A DNA stretch of 64,000 nt, from the NCBI GenBank assembly GCA_049967795.1, contig JBMFSA010000002.1, forward strand, positions 7,783 to 71,782. The letters run 5' to 3'. Below are positions 10,700 through 20,576 of the stretch, piece after piece (position 1 is the first letter of the stretch; every line of letters begins with the position of its first letter). The notes beneath the pieces were generated by a model. That model ran no database searches, had not been told where the DNA came from, and saw nothing but the letters and a program-made list of their open reading frames with translations. The translations under genes were made by a program, and so were the position numbers. The stretch comes from Candidatus Micrarchaeia archaeon. Its GTDB lineage: Archaea; Micrarchaeota; Micrarchaeia; Micrarchaeales; Micrarchaeaceae.

Positions 10700-11833
10700 A
10701 TGGCAGATGAATATAAAGATTACTATAAAATTCTAGGTGTTAAAAGAGATGCATCTATAGATGAGATTAAAAGAAAGTATAGAGAGCTTGCATTAAAATA
10801 TCATCCCGATAGAAACAAAGACAAGGATTCAGAAGAAAAATTTAAAGAGATAAATGAAGCATATGCAGTATTAAGCGATCCTGAAAAGCGCAAAAATTAT
10901 GATATGTTTGGGCCAGAAGGATTTAATCAGAGATTCAGCAAGGAAGATATATTTAGAGGATTTGATATCAATGATATATTTAATGATCTTGGATTTAATT
11001 TTGATTTAGGTTCAAATGATATTTTTGATTTGTTTGGATTTGGGCAGAGCAATAGGGGCAATCAGTCAAGAAATATGGATGTAGGTGATGATTTATTAAC
11101 ATCAGTTGATGTTAGCTTAGAAGAAGCAGCAAAAGGAACTGAGAAAGAGCTCTCTGTAAGGCATGTGGCTAAATGTGATAGGTGCAATGGCACAGGTGCG
11201 GAGCCAGGATCTAAAATAATAACTTGTGATAAATGTAATGGAACGGGCCAGATAAGATCAACTAGAAGGACTCCTTTTGGTATCATGCAGACAATTACAG
11301 TATGCCCTAAATGTAGAGGTAGTGGAGTAACATTTGAAAAACCTTGTAAAGTTTGCAATGGTACAGGACGAATCTCTAAAACAGATAAGATATCTGTCAA
11401 AATACCTAAAGGTGTAGACACTGGAACCAGACTGCGTGTAAAAGGAATGGGTGATTATGGTAAAGATAGGGTTGGGGATTTATACGTTGATATAAATGTA
11501 TTAAAGAACAGAATATTCAAAAGAGAAAATGATGACCTTTATATAGATGTTCATATTCCGTTCTATACAGCAATACTTGGCGGGGATATTGAAGTTGATA
11601 CTCTGGATGGAAAAGAAACAGTATCTGTAAAAGCAGGCACGCAGACTGGCGATACATTAGTATTAAAAAATAAAGGAATGCCTCATTTCAATAGTAATTA
11701 TATTGGAAATGAAATTGTTAAATTTATCGTTGATATGCCAAAACACCTGTCAAATGAGCAGAGAGCGCTTATTGAGAAGTTTAGAGAGCTTGATTCTGGG
11801 AAGAAAAAAGGACTCTTCGGGTTTGTACTATAA
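10700..11833 (+). CDS. dnaJ: Hsp40 co-chaperone DnaJ (type I)
   Basis: 377 aa. J domain with HPD, G/F-rich linker, four CxxCxGxG zinc-finger repeats. Confidence 0.95.
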   Translation: MADEYKDYYKILGVKRDASIDEIKRKYRELALKYHPDRNKDKDSEEKFKEINEAYAVLSDPEKRKNYDMFGPEGFNQRFSKEDIFRGFDINDIFNDLGFNFDLGSNDIFDLFGFGQSNRGNQSRNMDVGDDLLTSVDVSLEEAAKGTEKELSVRHVAKCDRCNGTGAEPGSKIITCDKCNGTGQIRSTRRTPFGIMQTITVCPKCRGSGVTFEKPCKVCNGTGRISKTDKISVKIPKGVDTGTRLRVKGMGDYGKDRVGDLYVDINVLKNRIFKRENDDLYIDVHIPFYTAILGGDIEVDTLDGKETVSVKAGTQTGDTLVLKNKGMPHFNSNYIGNEIVKFIVDMPKHLSNEQRALIEKFRELDSGKKKGLFGFVL

Positions 11834-11888
11834 TTTCAAATTTTAAAATTTTAATTTTAATCTTTTCATTTTTTATCTATTACTTTAA

Positions 11889-13844
11889 TCATTTTAATCT
11901 TATTGTATCTAAGTTCATTGGTGCTCTGGAATCAATGTGGAAGATGCGGTTTATTGAATGTGCTAAATCTTCACAACTTTGCTCTTCTCCATGCATTGTA
12001 AATACTTCTCTTGGTCTTGGTTTAAGGTCTTGTATGAAATTCAAAAGCTGCTTTCTATCACTATGGCCTGAAAATCCTTCAACAGTCTTTACCTTTATAT
12101 TTATTTTCAAAGGAACAAGGTGATCATCTTCATCAGGCAATGCAATTTCACTTAATCCATTTTGGATCCTCCTTCCTAATGAATTTGAACTGTTATAACC
12201 AACAAATATAAGACTATTCTTCTCATCTTCAGCCATATTCCTGAAATAATCCAAGCTTGCACCTCCATTAAGCATTCCACCACTTGCTAGTATTACTGCA
12301 GGCCCTTTTTCAAATATCTGCTCACGCTCTCCTTTTACAACTTCAAATATTTCACTTTCAAAAGGCGATCTATTGCTCAAAATTCTATTTGTTATATTTT
12401 CTTTTAAATATTCTGGATATGCAGTATGTATTGCGCTTGCCTCTAATATCATTCCATCTAAATATATAGGTGCATCTAATTTGTTTTTATCATTGCCAAA
12501 GAAGCTTTCCAAAACAAACATTATCTCCTGGCTTCTTCCAACCGCAAACAATGGTATAAGCACCTTTCCATTATTTTTTATTGTTTCTTTTATTGTATTA
12601 ATGAGCTCTTCTTCTGCGTTGTGCCTATTTGGTGTATTACTATTAGCCGCACCATATGTGCTCTCTATGAACAAAGCATCAATTCTAGGATATTTTGTGA
12701 CAGCAGGGTTAAATAAGCGTGTGAATCCATATTTCATATCTCCTGTATGGACTAAATTGTACATCCCTTCTCCTATATGCAAATGTACAGTTGCACTTCC
12801 TAATATATGCCCTGCATTGTGATAAGTTAATTTTATCTCGTTTGTTATATTTGTAACTTCATTATATTCTCTTGTTATAGTATGCATCAGCATTTTTCTT
12901 ACATCTTTTTCGTCATATAATAAGGTTCCTCCACTTTTCTGTACCAACTTTATATAATCATTGAGAAGCAATCCTGCAAGGTCCTTTGTTGGTGGTGTGC
13001 AGTATACAGGTCCTTCATATCCATATTTAAATAGATAAGGCACAAATCCAATATGATCCATATGTGCGTGTGTCAATACCACAGCATCAATATCATTTAT
13101 TGATATATTAGCACTATCAAGATAAGGGAAAGCTTTATTTTCATTAGAATTTGAGTTAGCATCAACACCTTTAACAGAAGGTTCTGGGCTTAATCCGCAA
13201 TCTATAATAATTTTAGAATGTGGTGTTTCTAATAATAGACTGCTTCTCCCTACTTCTTGAAAACCACCTAAAGCTGTTGCTTTCAACCACTCACTTTTTA
13301 CCAGTACTTTATTTATATTCTTTCCAACACCAAGCAGAAACTTCTTCCTAAAAGCACTTTCATTGAAATATAACTGTCTTATACTAGGTATTATTGTACT
13401 TTCGATTGTAGGTGTTCTCAATACTTTAGGCAGCCAGCTTGTCTGCAATATTATTGCTTTTAAATTAGCTCCTTCCTTCCCTATAACTAATCCTGGTTTT
13501 ATTGCATCTATATATACTTCACTAAATTCAGGAACAAATCTTATATTACTAATTCCAGCATCAGCAGGCACAATCTTTTCGATAATAGCTCTTGCTTTTT
13601 CAGGATCCATTAATGAATTTGGATCACTTCTTATGATAATTTTCTTTTTTATTGAAACAGCAACATTTCTTATTATAGAATTGTCTTCATATACAGGTTT
13701 AACATCTTTGACATACATTACTATATCAGGTCCTTCAAATTCTGACTTTGTAACTTCAACGTTTGAAGGCAACATTGACAATATCTTATCAAATAACTCC
13801 TCCTGCTCTTGCTTACTTCTATCTTTTTTATTATTTTCTGCCAA
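11889..13844 (-). CDS. aCPSF1/FttA: KH-domain beta-CASP metallo-beta-lactamase ribonuclease (transcription termination factor)
   Basis: 651 aa. N-terminal KH repeats, HAHMDHIG metallo-beta-lactamase motif, beta-CASP region; length typical of aCPSF1. Confidence 0.88.
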   Translation of the reverse strand: MAENNKKDRSKQEQEELFDKILSMLPSNVEVTKSEFEGPDIVMYVKDVKPVYEDNSIIRNVAVSIKKKIIIRSDPNSLMDPEKARAIIEKIVPADAGISNIRFVPEFSEVYIDAIKPGLVIGKEGANLKAIILQTSWLPKVLRTPTIESTIIPSIRQLYFNESAFRKKFLLGVGKNINKVLVKSEWLKATALGGFQEVGRSSLLLETPHSKIIIDCGLSPEPSVKGVDANSNSNENKAFPYLDSANISINDIDAVVLTHAHMDHIGFVPYLFKYGYEGPVYCTPPTKDLAGLLLNDYIKLVQKSGGTLLYDEKDVRKMLMHTITREYNEVTNITNEIKLTYHNAGHILGSATVHLHIGEGMYNLVHTGDMKYGFTRLFNPAVTKYPRIDALFIESTYGAANSNTPNRHNAEEELINTIKETIKNNGKVLIPLFAVGRSQEIMFVLESFFGNDKNKLDAPIYLDGMILEASAIHTAYPEYLKENITNRILSNRSPFESEIFEVVKGEREQIFEKGPAVILASGGMLNGGASLDYFRNMAEDEKNSLIFVGYNSSNSLGRRIQNGLSEIALPDEDDHLVPLKINIKVKTVEGFSGHSDRKQLLNFIQDLKPRPREVFTMHGEEQSCEDLAHSINRIFHIDSRAPMNLDTIRLK

Positions 13845-14053
13845 AAAATCACTCTGTGTTAATAGTTTGTTTTTTGTTAATAATGTAAATATAATATTTT
13901 CTTCTTTTAATCAAAGTTCATAACTAATTTATTAATAATTAATAAACTACTCTCTAATCTACAATAATAGTAATATTATAATAAAAGAAATTTTTGAATA
14001 AATTTAAACAAAAAAATAAAATAAAATTTAATTCTTTTGAAGATTTTGTATTA

Positions 14054-14698
14054 TTATTTTGAACTTAATAACTTTTCAATATCCTTTCCAGTATACTCTG
14101 TGTAGCCTGCTTTTGTTATAGTCGCAATAATCATACCATCTCCTGTTGCTGAATCCCTCTTCATTGCTATTGATAATGCCTTTGCAGCTAATTTCATTGC
14201 TTCTTTTGTTGTTATACTCTTTTCATAATGGTCCTCTAAGTAGCCCAAAGCTAATGACTCTCCACTTCCAATAGAAGCAAATTTTGATTCCTGTGTATAA
14301 CCTCCAACAGGATCCATGGAGAACAACTGATTTTCGGAATCATCAATACCACCAATAAGTAATCCTACAAAGAATGGATACATCCTATTCTCTTGAAGTA
14401 GAGTTGCTAACATCGAAGTTGCGGATTTTGGTGATAATGGTTTATTTTCATTCATTTTATAAATTTCATTCTGCGCTTTAAGTATACGGATAAGCTCCTG
14501 AGCATCACCTAATCCTCCAGCTATAGTCATAGCCAGATTATTATCAATCTTCCAAACTTTTCTTGTTTCAGAGCTAGCTATAAATGTGCCCTCTGTTGCC
14601 CTCTTATCTGCCGCCATTACAACTCCATCTGAGCATACGATTCCTATAGTTGTTGTACCTTTTAATAATTTTTCATAATCTTCTTTCTTATATTGCAT
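14054..14698 (-). CDS. psmB: Proteasome subunit beta
   Basis: Propeptide then TTTIGI (catalytic Thr). Start moved to the internal ATG at 14696-14698, which has SD GGGTGA 5 nt upstream. The 31-aa upstream extension in the track is hydrophobic AT-rich read-through. Confidence 0.88.
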   Translation of the reverse strand: MQYKKEDYEKLLKGTTTIGIVCSDGVVMAADKRATEGTFIASSETRKVWKIDNNLAMTIAGGLGDAQELIRILKAQNEIYKMNENKPLSPKSATSMLATLLQENRMYPFFVGLLIGGIDDSENQLFSMDPVGGYTQESKFASIGSGESLALGYLEDHYEKSITTKEAMKLAAKALSIAMKRDSATGDGMIIATITKAGYTEYTGKDIEKLLSSK

Positions 14699-14849
14699 TA
14701 TTTCACCCAAAAATATTAGAAACAAAATAAAAGAAGAAAAATAAAATAAGATATAATTTATTAAATACATATTTATATAAAGCTTTTGCAATTATTTTTT
14801 ATGATATTTTTATTATTTTGATTTATTAATCTCTTTTATTATTTTATTT

Positions 14850-15068
14850 TTATTGTATAATTATTGGTTTATTATTATCTACAAGCTCTCCATAAGCAAA
14901 TGTTCTATATACTTTCGTTATCTTAACTTTATACATATTGCCTATTCTTGTTTTTGCATTTTTTATAAATACTACAAGATTTCCTATTCTACCTATGCCT
15001 TCATCTCTAACGCCTTTTGCATCTACTCTTATGTCATAAGTCGCCCCAATTTCTACTTCTTCTACCAT
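14850..15068 (-). CDS. TRAM domain protein
   Basis: 72 aa. GATYDIRVDAKGVRDEGIGRIGNLVVFIKNA...G..Y.VKITKV is the stand-alone archaeal TRAM pattern. SD GGTGGT. Confidence 0.75.
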   Translation of the reverse strand: MVEEVEIGATYDIRVDAKGVRDEGIGRIGNLVVFIKNAKTRIGNMYKVKITKVYRTFAYGELVDNNKPIIIQ

Positions 15069-15362
15069 TTATACCACCTTTTAAATTATAATATCAACTC
15101 AAACCCTAAATAAACATAAAACAAACAAAAAAATAAAATTAATATTAAATTTATTAAAAAATATATTAAAAATCTTTTAATAATAATTAATTTCTTTTAC
15201 ATATTAATTTTTTAAGATATATTTAAAAATGTGTTTGCTGATTTAAGATTTGTTAGATATTTAACGTATTAAGCTTTAAAATAATTTAAATGTTGTGCTA
15301 TCTTCCGAGAGTAAATTTTTATTTTTTTGCATTATATTTTGCTGTTTTTTTGCTTTATTTTT

Positions 15363-15860
15363 CTAATTTTTATTTTTTTTATTTTCTGTAAAATATTTTG
15401 GTGAGATAATTAAATAAAGAATAAATAAGCAGATAATAGTTAATATTAACATTATAATAAATGCAATTCCTTTATAACTATCAATATGTTGCTGTTGTTG
15501 GATTGCAGCAAGCTTTGCATCATTTAATAATAACAAAGCATTTGATAAATTTTTTAATGTTTGATTATTTGCATGGCTTATAAATTTATAAGCACTGCTT
15601 AGGTTCGGATAAAATATCAAATATGCACTATTATTTACTTTATTAATTATATCAATAACTTCTTTTCTCTGAATTAAAAATGTTGTATTTGATAATACTG
15701 AAGATTTATTTGTTGAATTTATCTGCACAGTTTGGGTTAAATTAGTTATTTGATAGTTTGAGGTATTTGCTGCGGTTAAAATGTTTATTGAATATATAAT
15801 GAAAAGAAAAATAAAAATAAAAAAAGGTAAATTATTCTTTACCTCTCTCTTAAGATGCAT
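15363..15860 (-). CDS. Hypothetical bitopic membrane/secreted protein with many N-glycosylation sequons
   Basis: 165 aa. N-terminal and C-terminal hydrophobic helices; about 9 N-x-S/T sequons in the middle. Start is 6 nt after the tfb stop. Confidence 0.5.
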   Translation of the reverse strand: MHLKREVKNNLPFFIFIFLFIIYSINILTAANTSNYQITNLTQTVQINSTNKSSVLSNTTFLIQRKEVIDIINKVNNSAYLIFYPNLSSAYKFISHANNQTLKNLSNALLLLNDAKLAAIQQQQHIDSYKGIAFIIMLILTIICLFILYLIISPKYFTENKKNKN

Positions 15861-15868
15861 AGAGCCAC

Positions 15869-17020
15869 TTATAGATTTACATCAATGTTTAAACGCTCTT
15901 TTAATTCTCTATATCTATTTCTTATTGTTACTTCTGTGACTCCTGCAACATCTGCAACCTCCTTCTGTGTTCTGCGCTCTCCTGTTAATGCACTTGCTAT
16001 ATACACTGCTGCGGCACTCACCCCTGTTGGACTTCTTCCTGATACAAGCCCTTTTTTCATCGCTTCTTTTAGGATTGCATAAGACTTCTCTTGTGCTTCT
16101 CCACTAAGCTTCAACGCATTTATATATCTTGATACATAGCTTTGCGGATCTGTTAATGGTATCTTCAAATCAAGCTCATGGCTTATTACTCTATAAGCCC
16201 TTCCTATTTCTTTCTTTGGTGTATTTGATATATTTGCAATTTCATCTAATGTTCTAGGTGTTCCTGCCGCTCTGCATGCTGCATATATAACAGCTTGCAC
16301 TACTGTCTCTATTGGCCTTCCTCTTATAAGGTTGCTCTGGACACATTTCCTATATAGAAGTGCTGCACTCTCTCTTATATTATCAGGTAAGCCTAGATAA
16401 CTTGCAACTCTATTGAGTTCTGGTAATGCTATTAAATAGTTTCTTTCACTTGAACTTGCAATGCTTGCCCTCTTGTGCCACTTTCTCATTCTATATAACT
16501 GTGCTTGTCTTTTTGAGGGTATTTTAACTCCTCTAATATCTTTATTATATAAATCAATCTCTGTAACTAGACCTTTATTTGATTTTGCATATTTCATTGG
16601 TGCCCCTGTTCTTGCTTTTGCATTCTTTTGATCTGTATCAAAAGCTCTCCATTCAGGACCCGTATCTGTCATATTTTCCTCTATTATAAGACCACATGAG
16701 TTGCAAACAAGCTCTCCACGTTCGCTATCATATATAATATTTGTGCTGCCACAACTTGGACACACTCTTACCTTTGTATCTATCTTTTCTTCATAATGTG
16801 GCTGATATGGAGCTTGTGGTTGATTTTGTTCATTAATGTGGTGTTGTGTTTCATTAGGATTAATTGTTTCAACATTTATTTTTTTATCTGTTAAAACAAT
16901 TTTCTTAATAGGTTGTTCTTCTGCTTTTTCTACAAGTTCTTTTTTATCTTTTACTATCTTCTTTTTTACATTTGATTTTGCTTTTGCCTTTGCTTTTTTA
17001 TTTGCCATAATATCACTCAA
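15869..17020 (-). CDS. tfb: Transcription initiation factor TFB (TFIIB) with a long Lys-rich N-terminal extension
   Basis: 383 aa. Zn ribbon CPSCGS...CNSCG, B-reader/linker, two cyclin repeats. About 87 extra N-terminal residues. Confidence 0.93.
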   Translation of the reverse strand: MSDIMANKKAKAKAKSNVKKKIVKDKKELVEKAEEQPIKKIVLTDKKINVETINPNETQHHINEQNQPQAPYQPHYEEKIDTKVRVCPSCGSTNIIYDSERGELVCNSCGLIIEENMTDTGPEWRAFDTDQKNAKARTGAPMKYAKSNKGLVTEIDLYNKDIRGVKIPSKRQAQLYRMRKWHKRASIASSSERNYLIALPELNRVASYLGLPDNIRESAALLYRKCVQSNLIRGRPIETVVQAVIYAACRAAGTPRTLDEIANISNTPKKEIGRAYRVISHELDLKIPLTDPQSYVSRYINALKLSGEAQEKSYAILKEAMKKGLVSGRSPTGVSAAAVYIASALTGERRTQKEVADVAGVTEVTIRNRYRELKERLNIDVNL

Positions 17021-17402
17021 TATTATTTATTTTTATCATTATTTCTTCTGACAAACATCATACAATCAATAAGAGTTAAATTGTGTGTAATCATACAAAA
17101 ATCTTTTAAATCTTTCTAAAAATAGCTAATATTATAGTAAACAATAAGATATTTAAACCTTTCGGTTAAGTTTTGTTTATCATATCTGTTAAGTTTTCTA
17201 ATGAGTTTTAGATATAAATATAAGATATCTAAATAAGTAATATAAAGTTATAATAAATATTATAATATAATAAGAACAATAAATAAGCAAAATATAAATA
17301 AAAATAAATAATATAAACAGCTAAAACAAAATAGCTAAAATAAATAAAATTATTTCAATTAATTTCATTAATTATTTTATATAATGATTATATTGTGGTT
17401 AT

Positions 17403-18857
17403 ATGATATTATATAATACCTTAGGAAATAAAAAAGAAATTTTTAAACCTATTCATGATAAAAGTGTTGGTTTATATACTTGTGGTCCAACCGCATATTT
17501 TTATGCGCATATAGGTAATATGAAGGCGTATATTGATGAAGACTTATTAAAAAGGACGCTACTGTATAATGGTTATAAGGTAAAGCACGTTATGAATGTT
17601 ACTGATGTTGGTCATCTAAAAAGCGATCAAGAAAGTGGTGAAGATAAGGTAAGAGCAGAAGCAATGGCAGAACATAAAACTATGAGGGAAATTGTAGACT
17701 TCTATTCAAATCTATTTTTCTCCGATCTTAAAAAGTTGAATATAATTATGCCTGATATTATAATGAGAGCTTCTGATGCGATTGAAGATATATTGAAATT
17801 GATTGACATTCTTGATAAAAAAGGTTATTTATATAAAACAAAAGAAGGTATTTACTTCGATACCTCAAAATTTAAAAATTACGGTGCACTTATAGGTATG
17901 TCATTTGAACAACTTAATAAACAGCTAAAGGCAGGCGCAAGAGTTGAACGTTCAACAGAGCTTAAAAATATAACTGATTTTGCAGTATGGCGATTTGCAC
18001 CAGAAGATGAAAAAGAGATGGTATGGGAGTCTAGATTTGGAAGAGGATTTCCTGGATGGCACATAGAGTGCAGTGCAATAAGTATGAAAAATCTTGGTGA
18101 ACATTTTGACATTCATTGCGGTGGTATAGATCATATTCCTATCCATCATACAAATGAAATTGCACAATCCGAAGCAGCAACTGATAAAAAATTTGTCAAC
18201 TATTGGTTTCATGTTGGCTTCTTAACAGTTAATGGTAGCAAAATGGCTAAATCTTTGAAGAATATTTATACACTTGCGGATCTTGAAAAAAAAGGCTATT
18301 CTCCTTTAGCATATAGATTTTTTATAATATCAGGAAATTATCGTGAAGAGATGAATTTCACTTTTGAAGCACTCAATAATGCAAAGAATACTTTAGAAAA
18401 TATATACGTTTTTATAAATAAACTTTCAACATTAAGTAATGCAGCTACTAACAATGATTCAAAGAAGTTTTTAGAAAATGCAGATACATTAAAAAATGAA
18501 TTTTTTGATCATGTAAATAATAATCTTGATATGCCAAATGCACTTTCTACAATGTTCAAGCTTATAAAAGAAGTTAATACTAGAAAGGCGGAAGGAAAGC
18601 TAGATATAAAAGAAGCGAAGCATATATTAAAAATAATGCTTGAGTTTGATAAGATTATTGGAATCAATATGGATAATTATATTATAAAAGAAGAATTAAG
18701 CAATGAAGTAAGCGAGCTTATCAGAGAGCGTGATGAATCGAGAGCAAAAAAAGACTTTAAACGTGCTGATGAAATAAGAAATATTCTTAATACAAAATAT
18801 AATATAATTGTTGAAGATACAAAAGAAGGCACTGTTTGGCACAAAAAATTCAATTAA
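17403..18857 (+). CDS. cysS: Cysteinyl-tRNA synthetase
   Basis: 484 aa. HIGN (HIGH) and KMAKS (KMSKS) motifs, WHIEC zinc-site motif. Confidence 0.92.
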   Translation: MILYNTLGNKKEIFKPIHDKSVGLYTCGPTAYFYAHIGNMKAYIDEDLLKRTLLYNGYKVKHVMNVTDVGHLKSDQESGEDKVRAEAMAEHKTMREIVDFYSNLFFSDLKKLNIIMPDIIMRASDAIEDILKLIDILDKKGYLYKTKEGIYFDTSKFKNYGALIGMSFEQLNKQLKAGARVERSTELKNITDFAVWRFAPEDEKEMVWESRFGRGFPGWHIECSAISMKNLGEHFDIHCGGIDHIPIHHTNEIAQSEAATDKKFVNYWFHVGFLTVNGSKMAKSLKNIYTLADLEKKGYSPLAYRFFIISGNYREEMNFTFEALNNAKNTLENIYVFINKLSTLSNAATNNDSKKFLENADTLKNEFFDHVNNNLDMPNALSTMFKLIKEVNTRKAEGKLDIKEAKHILKIMLEFDKIIGINMDNYIIKEELSNEVSELIRERDESRAKKDFKRADEIRNILNTKYNIIVEDTKEGTVWHKKFN

Positions 18858-19035
18858 TTATACCTTTTTTCTTTCTTGATTCTTGTGCCTCAACAGATTG
18901 GCGTGCAATAGCAAAATTACAGCTGTTATGTGTAGAGCACCATTTTTGGCATTTTTCGGCAAGTTTTTTATCTGTATAATTAAGCTTACAAATTTCACAA
19001 AAATATGTATTTTTTTCAGCGTTGTATCCAACCAT
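18850..19035 (-). CDS. Small Cys-rich (zinc-finger-like) protein
   Basis: 61 aa with CEIC...CQKWCSTHNSC. Convergent with cysS and overlaps it by 8 nt. Confidence 0.4.
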   Translation of the reverse strand: MVGYNAEKNTYFCEICKLNYTDKKLAEKCQKWCSTHNSCNFAIARQSVEAQESRKKKGIIN

Positions 19036-19339
19036 TTTTACACCTACAAAATTATTTTATATTAATATAATATATAATAATAAGCAATGTATTATAATTT
19101 TTAAAATATTCAAAAGTAAGTATTTAAAACCTACCTTTTATAATATGATTATATAGGTTATATAAATGAATTATACATCATATAAAAAATTAATAAATTA
19201 TTTGTATAATGGAAAATTTAATGCTACTCTAATTATTATTTATACTATTATTTTATTTGCTGTAAGCCCTCTTTTTAATATTAATTGATTTGCACTTGGA
19301 GATTTTTCTCTTAGTGTAATAAATTATTATCATACTATT

Positions 19340-20533
19340 ATGATAATATTTTTATTGTTACTCATGATTGTTGCTTGTGAAATATTAAATATTTCTATAA
19401 AAATAAAGAAAATAATAAATGCAAGCACTATACCTTTACTTATTATAACTCTTATTGGACTTATAACTTTTAGTCCCACTCAAGTTACTTTTATTAATTC
19501 ATTTTTTCAAGCTTTTAGAGATTTTTATATTTTTGTATTAGGATTACTTTTTATTATTTATTTATTAATTTTTGGATTTATTGATTTTAAAGATGAAAAA
19601 AATTTAACTGGAATGTGGTCTGCATATATTCTTCTTATTGTTTCTGCTATTTCCACTTTAATTGCTGGAATATTCGGCATTGTGGCTGCAGGTGGAATTT
19701 ATATCGGCTATAATTCAATATCTATAATAAATGTTAATAGTTATATAAATTCACTAAACGAAAATACGACTTCTTTTATTAATAATGTTGTAACTTCGCA
19801 TTCACATCAAATGTTGCCTGCTATAATGGCAAGTATTGTTGCGCTCACAGCGTTGTTTCTTAAATATGATCAACTAAATAAAAAGCTAAGGATGATAATA
19901 AATTTGGGAATGATTATTTCTATTTTCGGTGTAATTGCAATGAGTTATATTTATTATATTTCTTCATTTGGAACTTATTCTATACCTGCTCTTTTTACTT
20001 CTGGTATTGGTAATATGAATGGACTTGCACTTGATGATATGCTCACTGGTCTTATTGGTATTGGTGCACTTATAACAATAATTGGCTTATTTCAAAGTAT
20101 GAAAAAAGAATATGGTAAAAATATTATTGTATTGAGTATATTTATAACATGGATTATGGTTATGATAGCTTTAGTAGGTATGGGGTACTTTATAGAATTT
20201 AATGAGACTTATTTTGGTGCGGGATCGCCAGGTATACCTCCAAATGGCGGGCCCGGTTATTTGCATGATCTGGCGTTTATTGATGCGCATTTAATGTACG
20301 CATTTTTCTTAGCTCCTTTTATTTCACTTGCACTTCTTGTATTTTTGATATTTTCAAATAAAAAGAGCAATAAACTAATTGGTATTTTCTCAATAGCTGG
20401 AAATATATTGTCTGTTATTGGACTTTTTATATATGTTGAGCTTTTATCATGGTCAATATTAGCGAGTGGAATAATATTAATTTTATTTTCCTTATTTTTG
20501 ATAATATATTATATTAACAAGACTATTAATTAA
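19340..20533 (+). CDS. Polytopic membrane protein of unknown function (about 10 TM)
   Basis: 397 aa, hydrophobic throughout. His-containing motifs SHSHQM and HDLAFIDAH. Start uncertain; see the finding on the in-frame TGA upstream. Confidence 0.55.
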   Translation: MIIFLLLLMIVACEILNISIKIKKIINASTIPLLIITLIGLITFSPTQVTFINSFFQAFRDFYIFVLGLLFIIYLLIFGFIDFKDEKNLTGMWSAYILLIVSAISTLIAGIFGIVAAGGIYIGYNSISIINVNSYINSLNENTTSFINNVVTSHSHQMLPAIMASIVALTALFLKYDQLNKKLRMIINLGMIISIFGVIAMSYIYYISSFGTYSIPALFTSGIGNMNGLALDDMLTGLIGIGALITIIGLFQSMKKEYGKNIIVLSIFITWIMVMIALVGMGYFIEFNETYFGAGSPGIPPNGGPGYLHDLAFIDAHLMYAFFLAPFISLALLVFLIFSNKKSNKLIGIFSIAGNILSVIGLFIYVELLSWSILASGIILILFSLFLIIYYINKTIN

Positions 20534-20576
20534 TATTATTTTATTGATGAAAAAATAAATAATAAAAAGGTTATTG

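Noticed and set aside
14699-14791. 31-codon hydrophobic N-terminal extension of the proteasome beta ORF
   Set aside because: The internal ATG at 14698 has a strong SD (GGGTGA, 5-nt spacing) and yields a normal short propeptide before TTTIGI. The extension is AT-rich read-through (MQKLYINMYLINYILFYF...).
17165-17197. 10-bp direct repeat GTTAAGTTTT at 17165-17174 and 17188-17197 in the tfb/cysS spacer, considered as a possible operator
   Set aside because: It is only two short copies in AT-rich DNA, about 150 bp from tfb and about 200 bp from cysS. That is not distinguishable from chance without comparative data.
19286-19288. Genome-wide UGA reassignment or selenocysteine as the explanation for the in-frame TGA
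   Set aside because: dnaK (10560-10562) and rpl11 (28564-28566) clearly terminate at TGA at the expected protein ends. I could not identify an obvious SECIS-like structure, and there is no Sec-type protein context.
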